NCBI GenBank assembly: GCA_017394805.1
Contig: JAFPXC010000011.1
Coordinates: forward strand, 20,421-84,420
Direction: 5' to 3'
Length of the DNA stretch: 64,000 nt
DNA from: Clostridia bacterium
Lineage (GTDB): Bacteria > Bacillota > Clostridia > Christensenellales > CAG-1252
Shown here: in pieces, positions 42,797-52,661 of the stretch
Layout: each line of letters opens with the position of its first letter
How positions within the stretch are numbered: the stretch's first letter is position 1
Translations under genes and position numbers: made by a program
The notes under the pieces: generated by a model
What the model was told of the DNA's origin: nothing
Databases searched by the model: none
Seen by the model: the letters and a program-made list of their open reading frames with translations, nothing else

Positions 42797-43082
42797 ATCG
42801 TTTATTATACCATAAAGCCGCTTTACTTTCAATAGTTTTTGCTCTATTCCCCAAATCCTACGCAAAACCCTCGCCTTCCGCTATCCCGCCCACAATTAAT
42901 ACGGCGCATTGCATAGCAATATCTCGCGTTCGTAGCAGTCGAATATGGTTTCTCGCGCTTTGCGCGTCCGCAACGCAACGACCGTCTCAATTCACGCACG
43001 CATAGCGTGCGATTCGCTCTATCCGTCGCCGAGCGATACACGTTGGCGAATATCTCGCGCATTCGCGCTCATATAGATAGGT

Positions 43083-43943
43083 ATGGAAAAAGACTATACC
43101 ACCTACGCCGATTTCAAGGCGGGACTTGCCGAGCAACGTTCCGCCGAACACGTCGTCGAAGATATGCGTTCGCGCCCCGAATCCCCCAAGAAAGAATCAC
43201 GAACGCCCGCCGCGCGCCCCCAACGCAAACCCCATCGCCGCCGCGGTGCCTTGCGCAGCGCCGTATTCCTCGTGCTGGTGATTGTACTGCTCTTTTCGCT
43301 CGCCTTGCTTTGTGCGGATTTTCTCCTGCCCACGGGCGTCACGGGGTACGTCACCGAGACCTTTGCCCCCGCGCCCGCCGCCGTATACGCCGTATCGGCG
43401 GGTGCTTTCGACGCCCTTGGCGAAGCGCGCGCTTTGTCCGACAACGTGCGCCGAAAAGGCGGCGCGGGCTTCATCGCCTACGACGGACGATACCACGTAC
43501 TCTTGTCCGCCTACCACGACCGCGACCAAGCGCAAGCGGTCGCCGACAAACACGGCTATACGGTCTACCCCATTCTCACCGAGGGAATGTCGACCGCCGA
43601 CTTCCCCCTCGCCTACCGCGCCAAGGTCAAGCCCCTCGTCGGCTATCACGTAGACCTCTACCGCACGCTCTATGACCTCTCGGACGGCCTCGCCCAAAAG
43701 GGCACCACCGTAGCCTACTGCCGCGAACGCGTCCGCGCCGCGCTAACGGCCCTGCAAGAGAAAGCCGAGCCTTTCCTCTCGTCTGCCGAAAAGGCCACGG
43801 ACGCCGCCACCTTGAATTACCGTTCGGGCGTTTTGGCCGCCCAAGCCGCGCTGAACAATCTCATCGACCAATCGACCGACGCGGATTTCCTCACTGACCT
43901 CAGATGGACGTATATCATGGTCTTGCGCATCAACCGCATATAA
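43083..43943 (+). CDS. Membrane-anchored SPOR-domain protein
   Basis: A basic N-terminus and one transmembrane helix, followed by YAVSAGAFDALGEARALSDNVRRKGGAGFIAYDGRYHVLLSAYHDRDQAQAVA, which follows the SPOR fold pattern. Confidence 0.65.
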   Translation: MEKDYTTYADFKAGLAEQRSAEHVVEDMRSRPESPKKESRTPAARPQRKPHRRRGALRSAVFLVLVIVLLFSLALLCADFLLPTGVTGYVTETFAPAPAAVYAVSAGAFDALGEARALSDNVRRKGGAGFIAYDGRYHVLLSAYHDRDQAQAVADKHGYTVYPILTEGMSTADFPLAYRAKVKPLVGYHVDLYRTLYDLSDGLAQKGTTVAYCRERVRAALTALQEKAEPFLSSAEKATDAATLNYRSGVLAAQAALNNLIDQSTDADFLTDLRWTYIMVLRINRI

Positions 43944-44001
43944 ATCGTAAAAAAAGCCGTATTCAAATGAATACGGCCAATTTCGTTTCGCTCTCGCTCG
44001 G

Positions 44002-44700
44002 TTATTCCGCCTTGTAGATAATGCGGTGGCAACTCGGGCAGAGCACGTAGCCCTGCGTTTCGATTTTCTCGCGGGTGGTGCCGTCCAAATCCATAAAGCA
44101 ACCGCCGCAGTTGCTGCCGTTCAAGGTGACCATCGGGTGCTTGACCTTCCGCTTGCGCAGGTCTTGGTAGACGGCCAAACCTTCGCCTATGCCCTCGCCC
44201 GCCTTCGCGAGGCGCGTCTTGATATCGTTGATACGAGGGGCGTACTCCTTCTTGGCGTTGTTGTAGGCGTCCAACACGGCTTTGGTGCGCACGGTGGCGT
44301 CCGAAGCGTCCGTCGAAGCCTTGGCGGCCTGCTTGCGAATGTCGGCGACGGTCTTGCTGAGCGCGGCGATATCCGTGCCGAGCGAAGACAGGTTGGACAA
44401 CAGTTTCTCCACGTTCTTGCTATAGAAATCGGCCTCGTTCTCGTCCTCGATTTCGCCCGCCGTGGTCTGGTACTCTTTGAGTTGCGCCAAGCACTCTTGA
44501 TAGCGCTCGTTCATGGCGTTGATTTGCTTGATGATATCCTCGGCGTCCGCATTCAACTTGACGATGAGTTCCTGCGCGTCCGTATAGCGCTTCTTCTGCG
44601 CGTTATACTCTTTTACGGCGGGTTCCTCGTTGAAAGCCGCGTACAACTTGGTCATTTCTCCGTCGATTTTGGCGTACTCCAATAATCCTTTGATATCCAT
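44002..44700 (-). CDS. COG1579-type coiled-coil protein with a C-terminal zinc ribbon
   Basis: CGGCFMDL...CPSCHRII at the C-terminus, downstream of nif3 as in many bacteria. I took the start at ATG 44700 (GAAGGAG upstream). Confidence 0.78.
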   Translation of the reverse strand: MDIKGLLEYAKIDGEMTKLYAAFNEEPAVKEYNAQKKRYTDAQELIVKLNADAEDIIKQINAMNERYQECLAQLKEYQTTAGEIEDENEADFYSKNVEKLLSNLSSLGTDIAALSKTVADIRKQAAKASTDASDATVRTKAVLDAYNNAKKEYAPRINDIKTRLAKAGEGIGEGLAVYQDLRKRKVKHPMVTLNGSNCGGCFMDLDGTTREKIETQGYVLCPSCHRIIYKAE

Positions 44701-44710
44701 ATATACTCCT

Positions 44711-45466
44711 TCACCCGATGACACACGGGTTCTTTTGGCAAGAGGCGTAGGCATTGACGCCCGCCTTTTGCAAGATTTCGATAATAATTGTAACAAATAT
44801 TTGCTCGCTCGTAAAGTGTCCGAAGCAAATTAAGTGTCCGTTATTTTGTTCCGCGTACCTCAACTGATGGTGTTTGCACTCCCCCGTCAGGTACACGAGC
44901 CCGCGCTGTACGCACGAAGCGACGGTCTCGTCGCTTGCACCCGCACCCGTGCACAACGCGCCCTCGGTGGTGAGGTCGTCGCGCCCTACGGCGTAGGCGG
45001 TAACGTCGTCTAAGCGCTCGCGCACGAGCGACCGCAAGGCCGACAAGCGGATGGGCGGCATACGGAAAGTCACCGCGTATTCGTCCTCGTCCAGCCGTCC
45101 CGTCACCTCGCCGCCCAACGATTGGACGAGGCGTTCGCTATTGCCGCCCGCGCACTTGTCCACGTTGGTATGCGCGGCAATATAGTTGAGGTCGTCGCGG
45201 ATAAGAGAGGCAATCAATCTGCCCGTGTAATCCGACTGCACTACCGCCGCCAAAGGCGACCATATCGCGGGGTGATGGGTGACGATGAGGTTGGCCCCCA
45301 ACGCCTTGCACTCGGCAATGACCGCGGGCGTAAGATCCACCGCGACCACCACGCCCGTCACCGGAGCGTCGAAGTCGCCCGCCTGCAACCCGCTGTGGTC
45401 GAAGTCGGCTTGGCTGTCAAACGGCGCGAATGCGTCTATTAGGTCGTATACGTCTTTTACTGTCAT
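44711..45466 (-). CDS. Nif3-like dinuclear metal-centre protein
   Basis: VTHHP, AAHTN and the conserved position after trmK (the yqfO position). Confidence 0.82.
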   Translation of the reverse strand: MTVKDVYDLIDAFAPFDSQADFDHSGLQAGDFDAPVTGVVVAVDLTPAVIAECKALGANLIVTHHPAIWSPLAAVVQSDYTGRLIASLIRDDLNYIAAHTNVDKCAGGNSERLVQSLGGEVTGRLDEDEYAVTFRMPPIRLSALRSLVRERLDDVTAYAVGRDDLTTEGALCTGAGASDETVASCVQRGLVYLTGECKHHQLRYAEQNNGHLICFGHFTSEQIFVTIIIEILQKAGVNAYASCQKNPCVIG

Positions 45467-46137
45467 ATCCTATTCAAATACTCTATTTCGGCGGCCACTC
45501 TTTCGTCGCGGTTGCCCGCTCGGACGATGCGCGTCAACTTGTCCGATCGCTCGGCTTTGTAGGCCGCGTATTCGGGATTATCCGCGTTTTGCGCACCTAC
45601 GTACCAATTCTCCCATGGGGACAGCGCGTCTATCTCGGTCTGCCAATCCGCACCGACGGGACGCGCCGCCGCGCCCTCCGCCGCCAACGCACGATACCAA
45701 TGCCCTTCGTCCAATAGGACGAAATCCGCCTTGACCGTATAGCCCGCAAGGGACAAATAGCGCGTCACGGCGTCCGTGTTTTTGTGCGGCACCAGCACCA
45801 ATCGCGGGGGCGCGAAGGGGGCCGTCGCCAGAATGCGGGCGATTTCCATACCGCCCATACCCGCTATGACCGCCGTTTCGACTTCGTCCGTACCAAGGGG
45901 TTTCAGTCCGTCGCCCACGCGCGTTTGGAGCGGCAAATCGTATTCGGCCGCCAATCGCTCGGCCTTGGCCAACGAGGGCGCCGATATATCCACTCCCACG
46001 GCCTTGTCCGCCGCGCCCGTAGCAAGGCAATACACGCACAACTTGCCGTGGTCGCAGCCGATATCGGCCAAAGCCTCGGTATGCCCCACGAGGGTCACCG
46101 CCGCTTGCAGTCGTTTGGACAGTTTGGGCGGTTTCAT
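45463..46137 (-). CDS. trmK: tRNA (adenine22-N1)-methyltransferase
   Basis: LADIGCDHGKL and IAGMGG motifs, and the sigA-trmK-nif3 synteny. The ATG overlaps the sigA stop. Confidence 0.82.
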   Translation of the reverse strand: MKPPKLSKRLQAAVTLVGHTEALADIGCDHGKLCVYCLATGAADKAVGVDISAPSLAKAERLAAEYDLPLQTRVGDGLKPLGTDEVETAVIAGMGGMEIARILATAPFAPPRLVLVPHKNTDAVTRYLSLAGYTVKADFVLLDEGHWYRALAAEGAAARPVGADWQTEIDALSPWENWYVGAQNADNPEYAAYKAERSDKLTRIVRAGNRDERVAAEIEYLNRI

Positions 46138-47207
46138 CAATTACCCAAAAAACCTTTGAGTTTGTCTTTGCGTTTGGGGTGGCGCAATTTGCGCAAAGCC
46201 TTCGCCTCTATCTGACGGATACGCTCACGCGTCACGCCGAACTCCTGCCCCACCTCTTCCAAGGTGCGCGCGCGGTTGTCGTCCAAGCCGTAGCGCATAC
46301 GGATCACTTTCTCCTCGCGCGGCGTCAGGGTGGACAACACGGCCATCAACTGCTCTTTGATCATGGATTGCTCGGCGTGCTCGGAAGGTTGCGAGGCCGA
46401 AGTGTCCTCGATGAAGTCGCCCAAGTGGCTGTCCTCTTCCTCGCCGATAGGCGTCTCGAGGGACACGGGATCCTGCGCGGTGCGCTGTATCTCGATGATC
46501 TTCTCGGGCGTGGTGCCCATCTCGGCGGCGATCTCCTCGGGCGTGGGATCTCTGCCCAACTGTTGCGTGAGGTAGCGCGACACGCGGGCGGTCTTGTTGA
46601 TGGTTTCCACCATATGTACGGGCAGGCGAATGGTACGCGCTTGGTCGGCCAAGGCGCGCGTGATGGCCTGCTTGATCCACCAGGTCGCGTAGGTGGAGAA
46701 CTTGAAGCCCTTGGTGTAGTCGAACTTATCCACGGCCTTCATCAAACCCAGGTTACCCTCTTGAATGAGGTCGAGGAAAGCCATACCTCTGCCCACGTAC
46801 TTCTTGGCGATGGACACCACCAACCGTAGGTTGGCCTCGGACAAGCGGCGCTTGGCGTCCTCGTCCCCCTCGCTCATAGCCTTGGCGAGGGCACGCTCTT
46901 CTTCCTGCGTCAGCAAGGCGTAACTGCCGATATCCCTTAGGTACAGTTTCACGGCGTCGTCGATATTGACGTCGGTCACCAGCCGTTCGATATTCTCGGG
47001 CTTGTCCGCTTCTTCTTCGGGTTGATTGCTCACCTTGATCTTTTTCTCTTCCAACGCGTTGAACACGTATTCGGCGTCCTCAGAGGTATATTCGATTTTG
47101 GCCATCTTCGCCAAAATGTCCTCTTCGGTCACGAAACCTTTGGTTTCGGCCACTTGCGCCAATCGTTCCACTACCGCGTCTAAGAGTTCTTTCTTTTCTT
47201 GTTCCAT
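46137..47207 (-). CDS. sigA: Primary RNA polymerase sigma factor
   Basis: Region 2 is [37 protein letters not shown]-type and region 4.2 is [20 protein letters not shown]. It lies after dnaG. Confidence 0.95.
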   Translation of the reverse strand: MEQEKKELLDAVVERLAQVAETKGFVTEEDILAKMAKIEYTSEDAEYVFNALEEKKIKVSNQPEEEADKPENIERLVTDVNIDDAVKLYLRDIGSYALLTQEEERALAKAMSEGDEDAKRRLSEANLRLVVSIAKKYVGRGMAFLDLIQEGNLGLMKAVDKFDYTKGFKFSTYATWWIKQAITRALADQARTIRLPVHMVETINKTARVSRYLTQQLGRDPTPEEIAAEMGTTPEKIIEIQRTAQDPVSLETPIGEEEDSHLGDFIEDTSASQPSEHAEQSMIKEQLMAVLSTLTPREEKVIRMRYGLDDNRARTLEEVGQEFGVTRERIRQIEAKALRKLRHPKRKDKLKGFLGN

Positions 47208-47221
47208 AGATTTCCTCCGCT

Positions 47222-49000
47222 CTATCGCTTGGATAGATTATTTATCTGTTTTTGCACAGCGTTGATTTGCTGTAACAATTCCTTTCGCTCGTCTTCATCT
47301 TCTGCGGCGCCGTACGCGGCCAAAAGGTCTTTCTTTTGCACGTCGTAGTACTCGCGCATCACGCGCCGTTTGCTGTCCGCAAAGGCCTTAGGCAATTCGT
47401 CGTCGGGCGGCATAGCCATGGTCAACACGGCGTTGCACTCCTCTTCGTCCACCCCGATTTGGTAGATATTGCTGGGCATGATGGGCGCTTTGTTCACCAT
47501 GCAGTCCAACACGTACTCCGCGATGGCTTTGTGCGCCGCCGCTTCGTAATAGGCGGGCGCCACCCACTCTTCCGTATAGTCGGGACGAAGGAGCATCAGC
47601 AACAGCAAAAAGCGACAAGCTTTATAATATCCCGCTTTTTCGGGGGATAATTCCACCTTTTTGTCTTTTTTCGTCGGCGTTTCGACCGTTGGCTTGGGCT
47701 TGGCGGTCGAGGTGACCGACTTCTTCAAAGCGTCCTTCGACACCGCGGTCTTCTCGCTTATCAAATCGAGATAAGCGTCCTGCTCCACCGCGTCGAGGTC
47801 GGAAATGATGCGCAGACACTCTTTGGCGTACGCGCCCCTGCCATCCGCCGAGGTCAGGTCGAACCGAAGCCCCGCGCGGGCGATTTTGTGCTCGTACAAG
47901 GGCAAGGCCTCGTCCAGACACTTTTGGTAGGCGGCCTTGCCGCGTTGGCGTATGAGTTCGTCGGGGTCCAACCCGTCGGGCAGATTGACCACCCGCACTT
48001 CGAGCCCCGCGCGTTTCAAAATGTCAAGACCGCGCATGGTATTGTTTTGCCCCGCCGCGTCGCCGTCGTAGGAGATATACACCTTGCCGACCATGCGGCG
48101 CATCAAGTTGGCTTGCTGTTCGGTAAGCGCCGTCCCCATGGAGGCCACGGCGTTCTCGAAGCCCGCCTCGACCAACGCGATGACGTCCATGTACCCCTCT
48201 ACGATGATGAGGCTGTCCACCGCCTTTTTGAGACGGAGTTTCTTGACGAAATTGAGCCCGTACAAAGTACTGCCCTTGTGGAAGAGCACGGTCTCCTGTG
48301 AGTTTTTGTATTTGGCGACGCCCTCTTTCTTCTCCAACACGCGCCCGCCAAAGGCGATGACTCTGCCTTGCGCGTCGAAAATGGGCACGATGATGCGGTT
48401 GGCCAAAAAGTCGTAATGGTCGCCCCGCTCCATATTGGTGCCGATGAGCGAACACTCGCTCATCTCCTTGAGGGTATAGTCGGCGGCACGCAACTCGTTG
48501 ATGAGGGCTTGTCCGCCCACCGAATAGCCGATGCCGAACTTGCGCAAGGTCTCGGGGCGCAACCCTCTCGACTGCATATATTCCTGCGCTTTGGGGTTTT
48601 TGGTGAAATTGTTGTAGTAATGCCGTGCGGCCAAACGCATCATCTCGTAGAGCCGTTCGTTCTTCTCGGCCTTTTCTCGGTCGAACTTGGTCTCGGGCAC
48701 TTTCATTCCCACCGAAGCGGCCAGGGCTTTGACGGCGTCGATATAACTCAAATCGTCCGTCTTCATCACCCAACTGATGACGTCGCCCCCCTCGTGACAG
48801 CCGAAGCAATAGAAAAAGCCGCGCGCTTCGTCCACGCAAAAAGAAGGCGTCACTTCGTGATGAAAGGGACAGCAGGCCCACCATTTATTGCCTTTTCTCG
48901 TCAGGGCTACGGAAGAAGAAATCAAGTTGACTATATTGACCTTGAACTTTAATTCTTCCAAAAACGCGGGCGTCAAACCCGACTCGCCGTCGTATGCCAT
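47222..49000 (-). CDS. dnaG: DNA primase
   Basis: Zinc finger [11 protein letters not shown]...CFGC, and TOPRIM segments IVEGYMDV and YDGDAAG. Confidence 0.95.
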   Translation of the reverse strand: MAYDGESGLTPAFLEELKFKVNIVNLISSSVALTRKGNKWWACCPFHHEVTPSFCVDEARGFFYCFGCHEGGDVISWVMKTDDLSYIDAVKALAASVGMKVPETKFDREKAEKNERLYEMMRLAARHYYNNFTKNPKAQEYMQSRGLRPETLRKFGIGYSVGGQALINELRAADYTLKEMSECSLIGTNMERGDHYDFLANRIIVPIFDAQGRVIAFGGRVLEKKEGVAKYKNSQETVLFHKGSTLYGLNFVKKLRLKKAVDSLIIVEGYMDVIALVEAGFENAVASMGTALTEQQANLMRRMVGKVYISYDGDAAGQNNTMRGLDILKRAGLEVRVVNLPDGLDPDELIRQRGKAAYQKCLDEALPLYEHKIARAGLRFDLTSADGRGAYAKECLRIISDLDAVEQDAYLDLISEKTAVSKDALKKSVTSTAKPKPTVETPTKKDKKVELSPEKAGYYKACRFLLLLMLLRPDYTEEWVAPAYYEAAAHKAIAEYVLDCMVNKAPIMPSNIYQIGVDEEECNAVLTMAMPPDDELPKAFADSKRRVMREYYDVQKKDLLAAYGAAEDEDERKELLQQINAVQKQINNLSKR

Positions 49001-49192
49001 TCGGTACCTCTATTTTTTGATACTACGCTATTAATAGTCCGTTTTTCTCAAAAATACTCTTTTACACCAAATTCTTAACGAAATCTTAATAATAATACGC
49101 GTATTACGGGTATCCTGCCGCATTCTGCGCCCGCTTTCGGCGGAATCCGCGCCGAAGTACATAATCCGCCCGATTCCGCGCATACCAACGGT

Positions 49193-50086
49193 ATGCTTAT
49201 CGTTTTCGTGCGTTCCATCATCATCTATATCTTGCTTTTGATTATCATGCGCCTGATGGGCAAGCGGCAACTCAGCGAATTGCAGCCTTTCGAGTTCGCC
49301 ATCACCCTCATCATCGCCGAATTGGCGTGCATTCCCATGGCCGAGGTGCAGATTCCCTTGGTGTACGGCGTCATACCCATCTTCACCTTGTTCGTCGTCC
49401 ACCTTATCATCACCAAGATCGGCAGTAAAAACCTGAAGTTCAACAAGTTTATGAACGGCAAACCCATCGTCATTATGACGCCCAAAGGTATCGATATGCG
49501 CCTTCTCAAAGAGTTGGATATGAACGTGACCGACCTACTGCACGCATTGCGGGCGGCGGGTTACTTCTTCCCCAGCCAAGTGGCCTACGCCATACTCGAA
49601 ACGGACGGCAAATTGAGCGTCTTACCCAAAGGGTACGCCTCCCCCTTGACGGCGCAGACGGCCGGGATAGCGTGCGAAGAGGTGGCGATGGCGTACCCCG
49701 TGATATGCGAGGGGGTATTGCAACAGAGTTATATGCAGTTGGCCGAGGTCACCGAGGGGCAAATCGACGCCTTACTCGCCCAAAACGACCTCAAAACCGA
49801 GGACGTGATGCTCCTATCGGTGACGGGCGGCGAAGAAGCTTTCCTGCAACCCAAGCAAGGGGACGTCATCATCACCCGAATGCCCGAAAAGACGGACGAA
49901 ACGGACGGCAAGGACACGGCGGAAGAAAACGATGGCGAGGCGGACAAAACCGACGGCACAACGGGCGAAAACCATGGCGAGATGGGAAATAGCCGACGCA
50001 CCTGCGCGGCGCAAACGCGCTCGGACGACGCGCCCGCACCCGAGCCAAAGGATAGAAAGAAAAACAAACGGGGGTGCGACCGATGA
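49193..50086 (+). CDS. DUF421 (YetF-like) membrane protein with an acidic/basic tail
   Basis: SIIIYILLLIIMRLMGKRQLSELQPFEF matches the remembered DUF421 N-terminus. A DUF4363-like gene is adjacent, a common pairing in Clostridia. Confidence 0.7.
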   Translation: MLIVFVRSIIIYILLLIIMRLMGKRQLSELQPFEFAITLIIAELACIPMAEVQIPLVYGVIPIFTLFVVHLIITKIGSKNLKFNKFMNGKPIVIMTPKGIDMRLLKELDMNVTDLLHALRAAGYFFPSQVAYAILETDGKLSVLPKGYASPLTAQTAGIACEEVAMAYPVICEGVLQQSYMQLAEVTEGQIDALLAQNDLKTEDVMLLSVTGGEEAFLQPKQGDVIITRMPEKTDETDGKDTAEENDGEADKTDGTTGENHGEMGNSRRTCAAQTRSDDAPAPEPKDRKKNKRGCDR

Positions 50087-50463
50087 AGCGCACCGTATTC
50101 GCCGTCGTTATCATCGTCGTCATGCTGTCGGCGGGCGTGGCCGAGCAAATCTATCTGCACCGCCTGTTCGCCGACCTACACGACCAAGCCGAAGAAATAT
50201 CCCTGTTGGTCGCCGCGGACGACCTGCCCCAAGCCCTCGAGCGGACGGCAGAATTGCAGAATTGGTGGGAGTGCCGCAAGCATTTCCTCGAGGCGGTGGT
50301 ATCGCACAACGAGACTAAAGAGGTCACCCTGCGCATCGCCGAACTGCGCGGCTATATCGCCATAGACGACCGCAAGAGCGCCTACGCCACCGTGGCCATT
50401 CTAATCGAAACGTCCACCAATCTCCCCCACCTATTGGGTTTCTCGTGGGACACGATCTGTTAG
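50074..50463 (+). CDS. DUF4363-like small membrane-anchored protein
   Basis: 129 aa with an N-terminal transmembrane helix. It overlaps the DUF421 gene by 13 nt. The name comes from context memory. Confidence 0.6.
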   Translation: MRPMKRTVFAVVIIVVMLSAGVAEQIYLHRLFADLHDQAEEISLLVAADDLPQALERTAELQNWWECRKHFLEAVVSHNETKEVTLRIAELRGYIAIDDRKSAYATVAILIETSTNLPHLLGFSWDTIC

Positions 50464-50531
50464 CGTTTCCGCCCGAACCCTATCGCTCCTTGCACGAAAA
50501 AGGGCTGTCGAGAAGCAATCCCGACAGCCCT

Positions 50532-50655
50532 CTATTCTGCCTCGTTCGCTACGCGCCCGAGGCAACGTAGCCGCGATTCACTTTATAGCGGCACACCGCA
50601 TTCGCCGTAGGCGAAAACCGCGTAGCCTACGCCCGCACTTCGTGCCGACGCGTCG
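50532..50655 (+). repeat. Mosaic hairpin array D
   Basis: It follows the terminator hairpin at 50501-50531. It contains TGCCTCG...CGAGGCA (50538-50564), GATTCAC (50575), TTCGCC-GTA-GGCGAA (50601-50615), GCGTA-GCC-TACGC (50620-50632), GCAC-TTC-GTGC (50635-50645) and CGACGCGTCG (50646-50655). Confidence 0.7.
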
Positions 50656-52473
50656 TTATATCGAAAACTCGACCACGGCTTCGGCGGCCGTCTCCCGCGC
50701 CAATCGCAGGCCCTCCAAGCACGCCGACTGCGACTCGTACATCACGCTCGAGAACACGCGGCCGCCTTGGACGCGCACGGTGTAGAAATACTCGTCGTCC
50801 ACGGTGTTGACCACGGCCTCGCCCGTTTGAATGGTGGTGCGGAACACGCCCGCCGACTTGAACGCCGCGTCCTTACTGCTGCAGCCCTCGCCTACCGCCA
50901 ACAACTTGCCGTTGGGCGCGTAGTACATAAAGTGCCAAATGTTGCCCTCCGACTCGATGACGAACTTGCCCGTCTCGGACGCGTAGGGACGATCCGCGCT
51001 GGCCACGCGCTCCTTTTTGGCGCCGGCCATCTTCTCGAAATCTTCCTCGGTCAAGTTGCCCACTTGGTCCTTCTTTATGGGCGTCACGTCAAGGGCGGGA
51101 CGCAGTCTGATCTCGGCCTCTTTGGCCTCCAACGCCGCCGCGGTATCCACCACTTGCACGTAGCGGGGATTGAGTTTGATGAGTTTGATGATTTGCAAGG
51201 CGCGGTCGCTGCGATATTCCAACCCGCTCTGATAATTCACGGGCGCATAGCCGGCTTTCTTGCGCATTTCGCCCGCCGCCGCCACGTGCATGATGAGGCG
51301 CAAGGTACGCCTGAGGGACAGGTCGGACTTCACGCGCATCAGCATAGGCGTAGACGCGTACTTGCGCACGTTGCTCACGTCGCGGAAGCGCAATTTGCCG
51401 TACACGTCGGCGTAGGCCTTGGGGTCCAACGCCAAGAACACGCACAATGTTTTGCCCGCCACGCCCATACGCGCGAAAGTGCGCCGACCTTGCATATAGG
51501 TCTCGCCGCTCCAACTCTCGTTGCAACGCGTCTTTTCGTAACTCAACAACTCGTTCTTGATGATGGAATAGTATTTCTTGTTCTCCGCCGAGCCTTGAAT
51601 GAGTTTGCTGCGGAAACTGCGCCTGTATTTGGAGCCGACGATAGCACCCGCCACCACGGCCGCGCCGTCGGTAGCCTCCGCGTCGTACTCCTCGTCGTCG
51701 ATATCCAATTCGGCGAGAATGTTGACTTCTTCCTCGTCCTCTGGCTCGTCGGGTTCCTCCTCCCATTCGTCGAAGTCGCCGCCGAAATCGAAGTCGCCGT
51801 AGTCCTTATTTTGATCCGTCATGCTCGACAGCAGGCTCTCCTCTTTGTCCGCTTCCTCGGCGGTATCCACGGCGGCCAACGCGATCTCGTCCTCTTCCTC
51901 GGTGGTATCGGGGGTAGACTCCGCCACGGCGGGCGCTTCCTCGGCCTGCCGCACGGGCGGAATGAGATCGGGCACGTCTTCCTCGTCCTCGGTATATGCG
52001 ATGGGCTCCTCGTCTTTCTTCACGAGGGGTTCTTCCTCGACCGCTTCCTCGGGGACGGCCTCATCCTCGTACTCGATGGTGGCCACGGGGGCGTCGGTCT
52101 CTACGACGTCCGCTTCTTCCTCCGCCGCGATTTGCTCGCTTTCGGGTTCGGCCGCTTCTTCGACGGGTTCGGCCGCTTCGCCAACGGGTTCGGGTTGCGC
52201 CGTCTCCTCTTCCTCGACCAAGTCGAGCGTATCCTCTTCTTGGGGCGAGGCTTCTTCTTGGGGTTTCACGCCCTCTTTTTCCATCTCGGCCAAGACCATT
52301 TGCTCAAACTCCGAGGGCTTATCGTCCCCCTTCTTTTTGGCTTTCGATACCAACGCGAACACCACGCTGCCGATGATGGCCGCACCCACCAAAACCGCGC
52401 CGAGCACCAAAATGGCGACGGGGATGGGCAACCCACCGATATTTACCGTTGTCGCAGACAATATACTTTTCAA
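50656..52473 (-). CDS. Membrane-anchored protein with an acidic low-complexity region and two C-terminal YegP/DUF1508-like repeats
   Basis: TTG start at 52473 with GGAGGA 7 nt upstream. It has an N-terminal transmembrane helix and about 250 aa rich in Glu, Asp, Ala and Pro. The C-terminal segments KFVIESEGNIWHFMYYAPNGKLLAVGEGCSSKDAAFKSAG and YFYTVRVQGGRVFSSVMYESQSACLEGL resemble DUF1508 repeats. Confidence 0.65.
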   Translation of the reverse strand: MKSILSATTVNIGGLPIPVAILVLGAVLVGAAIIGSVVFALVSKAKKKGDDKPSEFEQMVLAEMEKEGVKPQEEASPQEEDTLDLVEEEETAQPEPVGEAAEPVEEAAEPESEQIAAEEEADVVETDAPVATIEYEDEAVPEEAVEEEPLVKKDEEPIAYTEDEEDVPDLIPPVRQAEEAPAVAESTPDTTEEEDEIALAAVDTAEEADKEESLLSSMTDQNKDYGDFDFGGDFDEWEEEPDEPEDEEEVNILAELDIDDEEYDAEATDGAAVVAGAIVGSKYRRSFRSKLIQGSAENKKYYSIIKNELLSYEKTRCNESWSGETYMQGRRTFARMGVAGKTLCVFLALDPKAYADVYGKLRFRDVSNVRKYASTPMLMRVKSDLSLRRTLRLIMHVAAAGEMRKKAGYAPVNYQSGLEYRSDRALQIIKLIKLNPRYVQVVDTAAALEAKEAEIRLRPALDVTPIKKDQVGNLTEEDFEKMAGAKKERVASADRPYASETGKFVIESEGNIWHFMYYAPNGKLLAVGEGCSSKDAAFKSAGVFRTTIQTGEAVVNTVDDEYFYTVRVQGGRVFSSVMYESQSACLEGLRLARETAAEAVVEFSI

Positions 52474-52661
52474 AGTCGTATCCTCCGAACGTTAATTATA
52501 CTTATACTTATATCATACTATCACAAAATGAATGATTATGCAATACCTTTTTGGAAAATACACCCCGTACTTTGCCCAAAAACGGACGAAATTCGTTCAA
52601 AACGTCGGGAATCTATCCAAAAACACTTAACAAACGCCCCGTTTCTTGGTATAATTCGACC

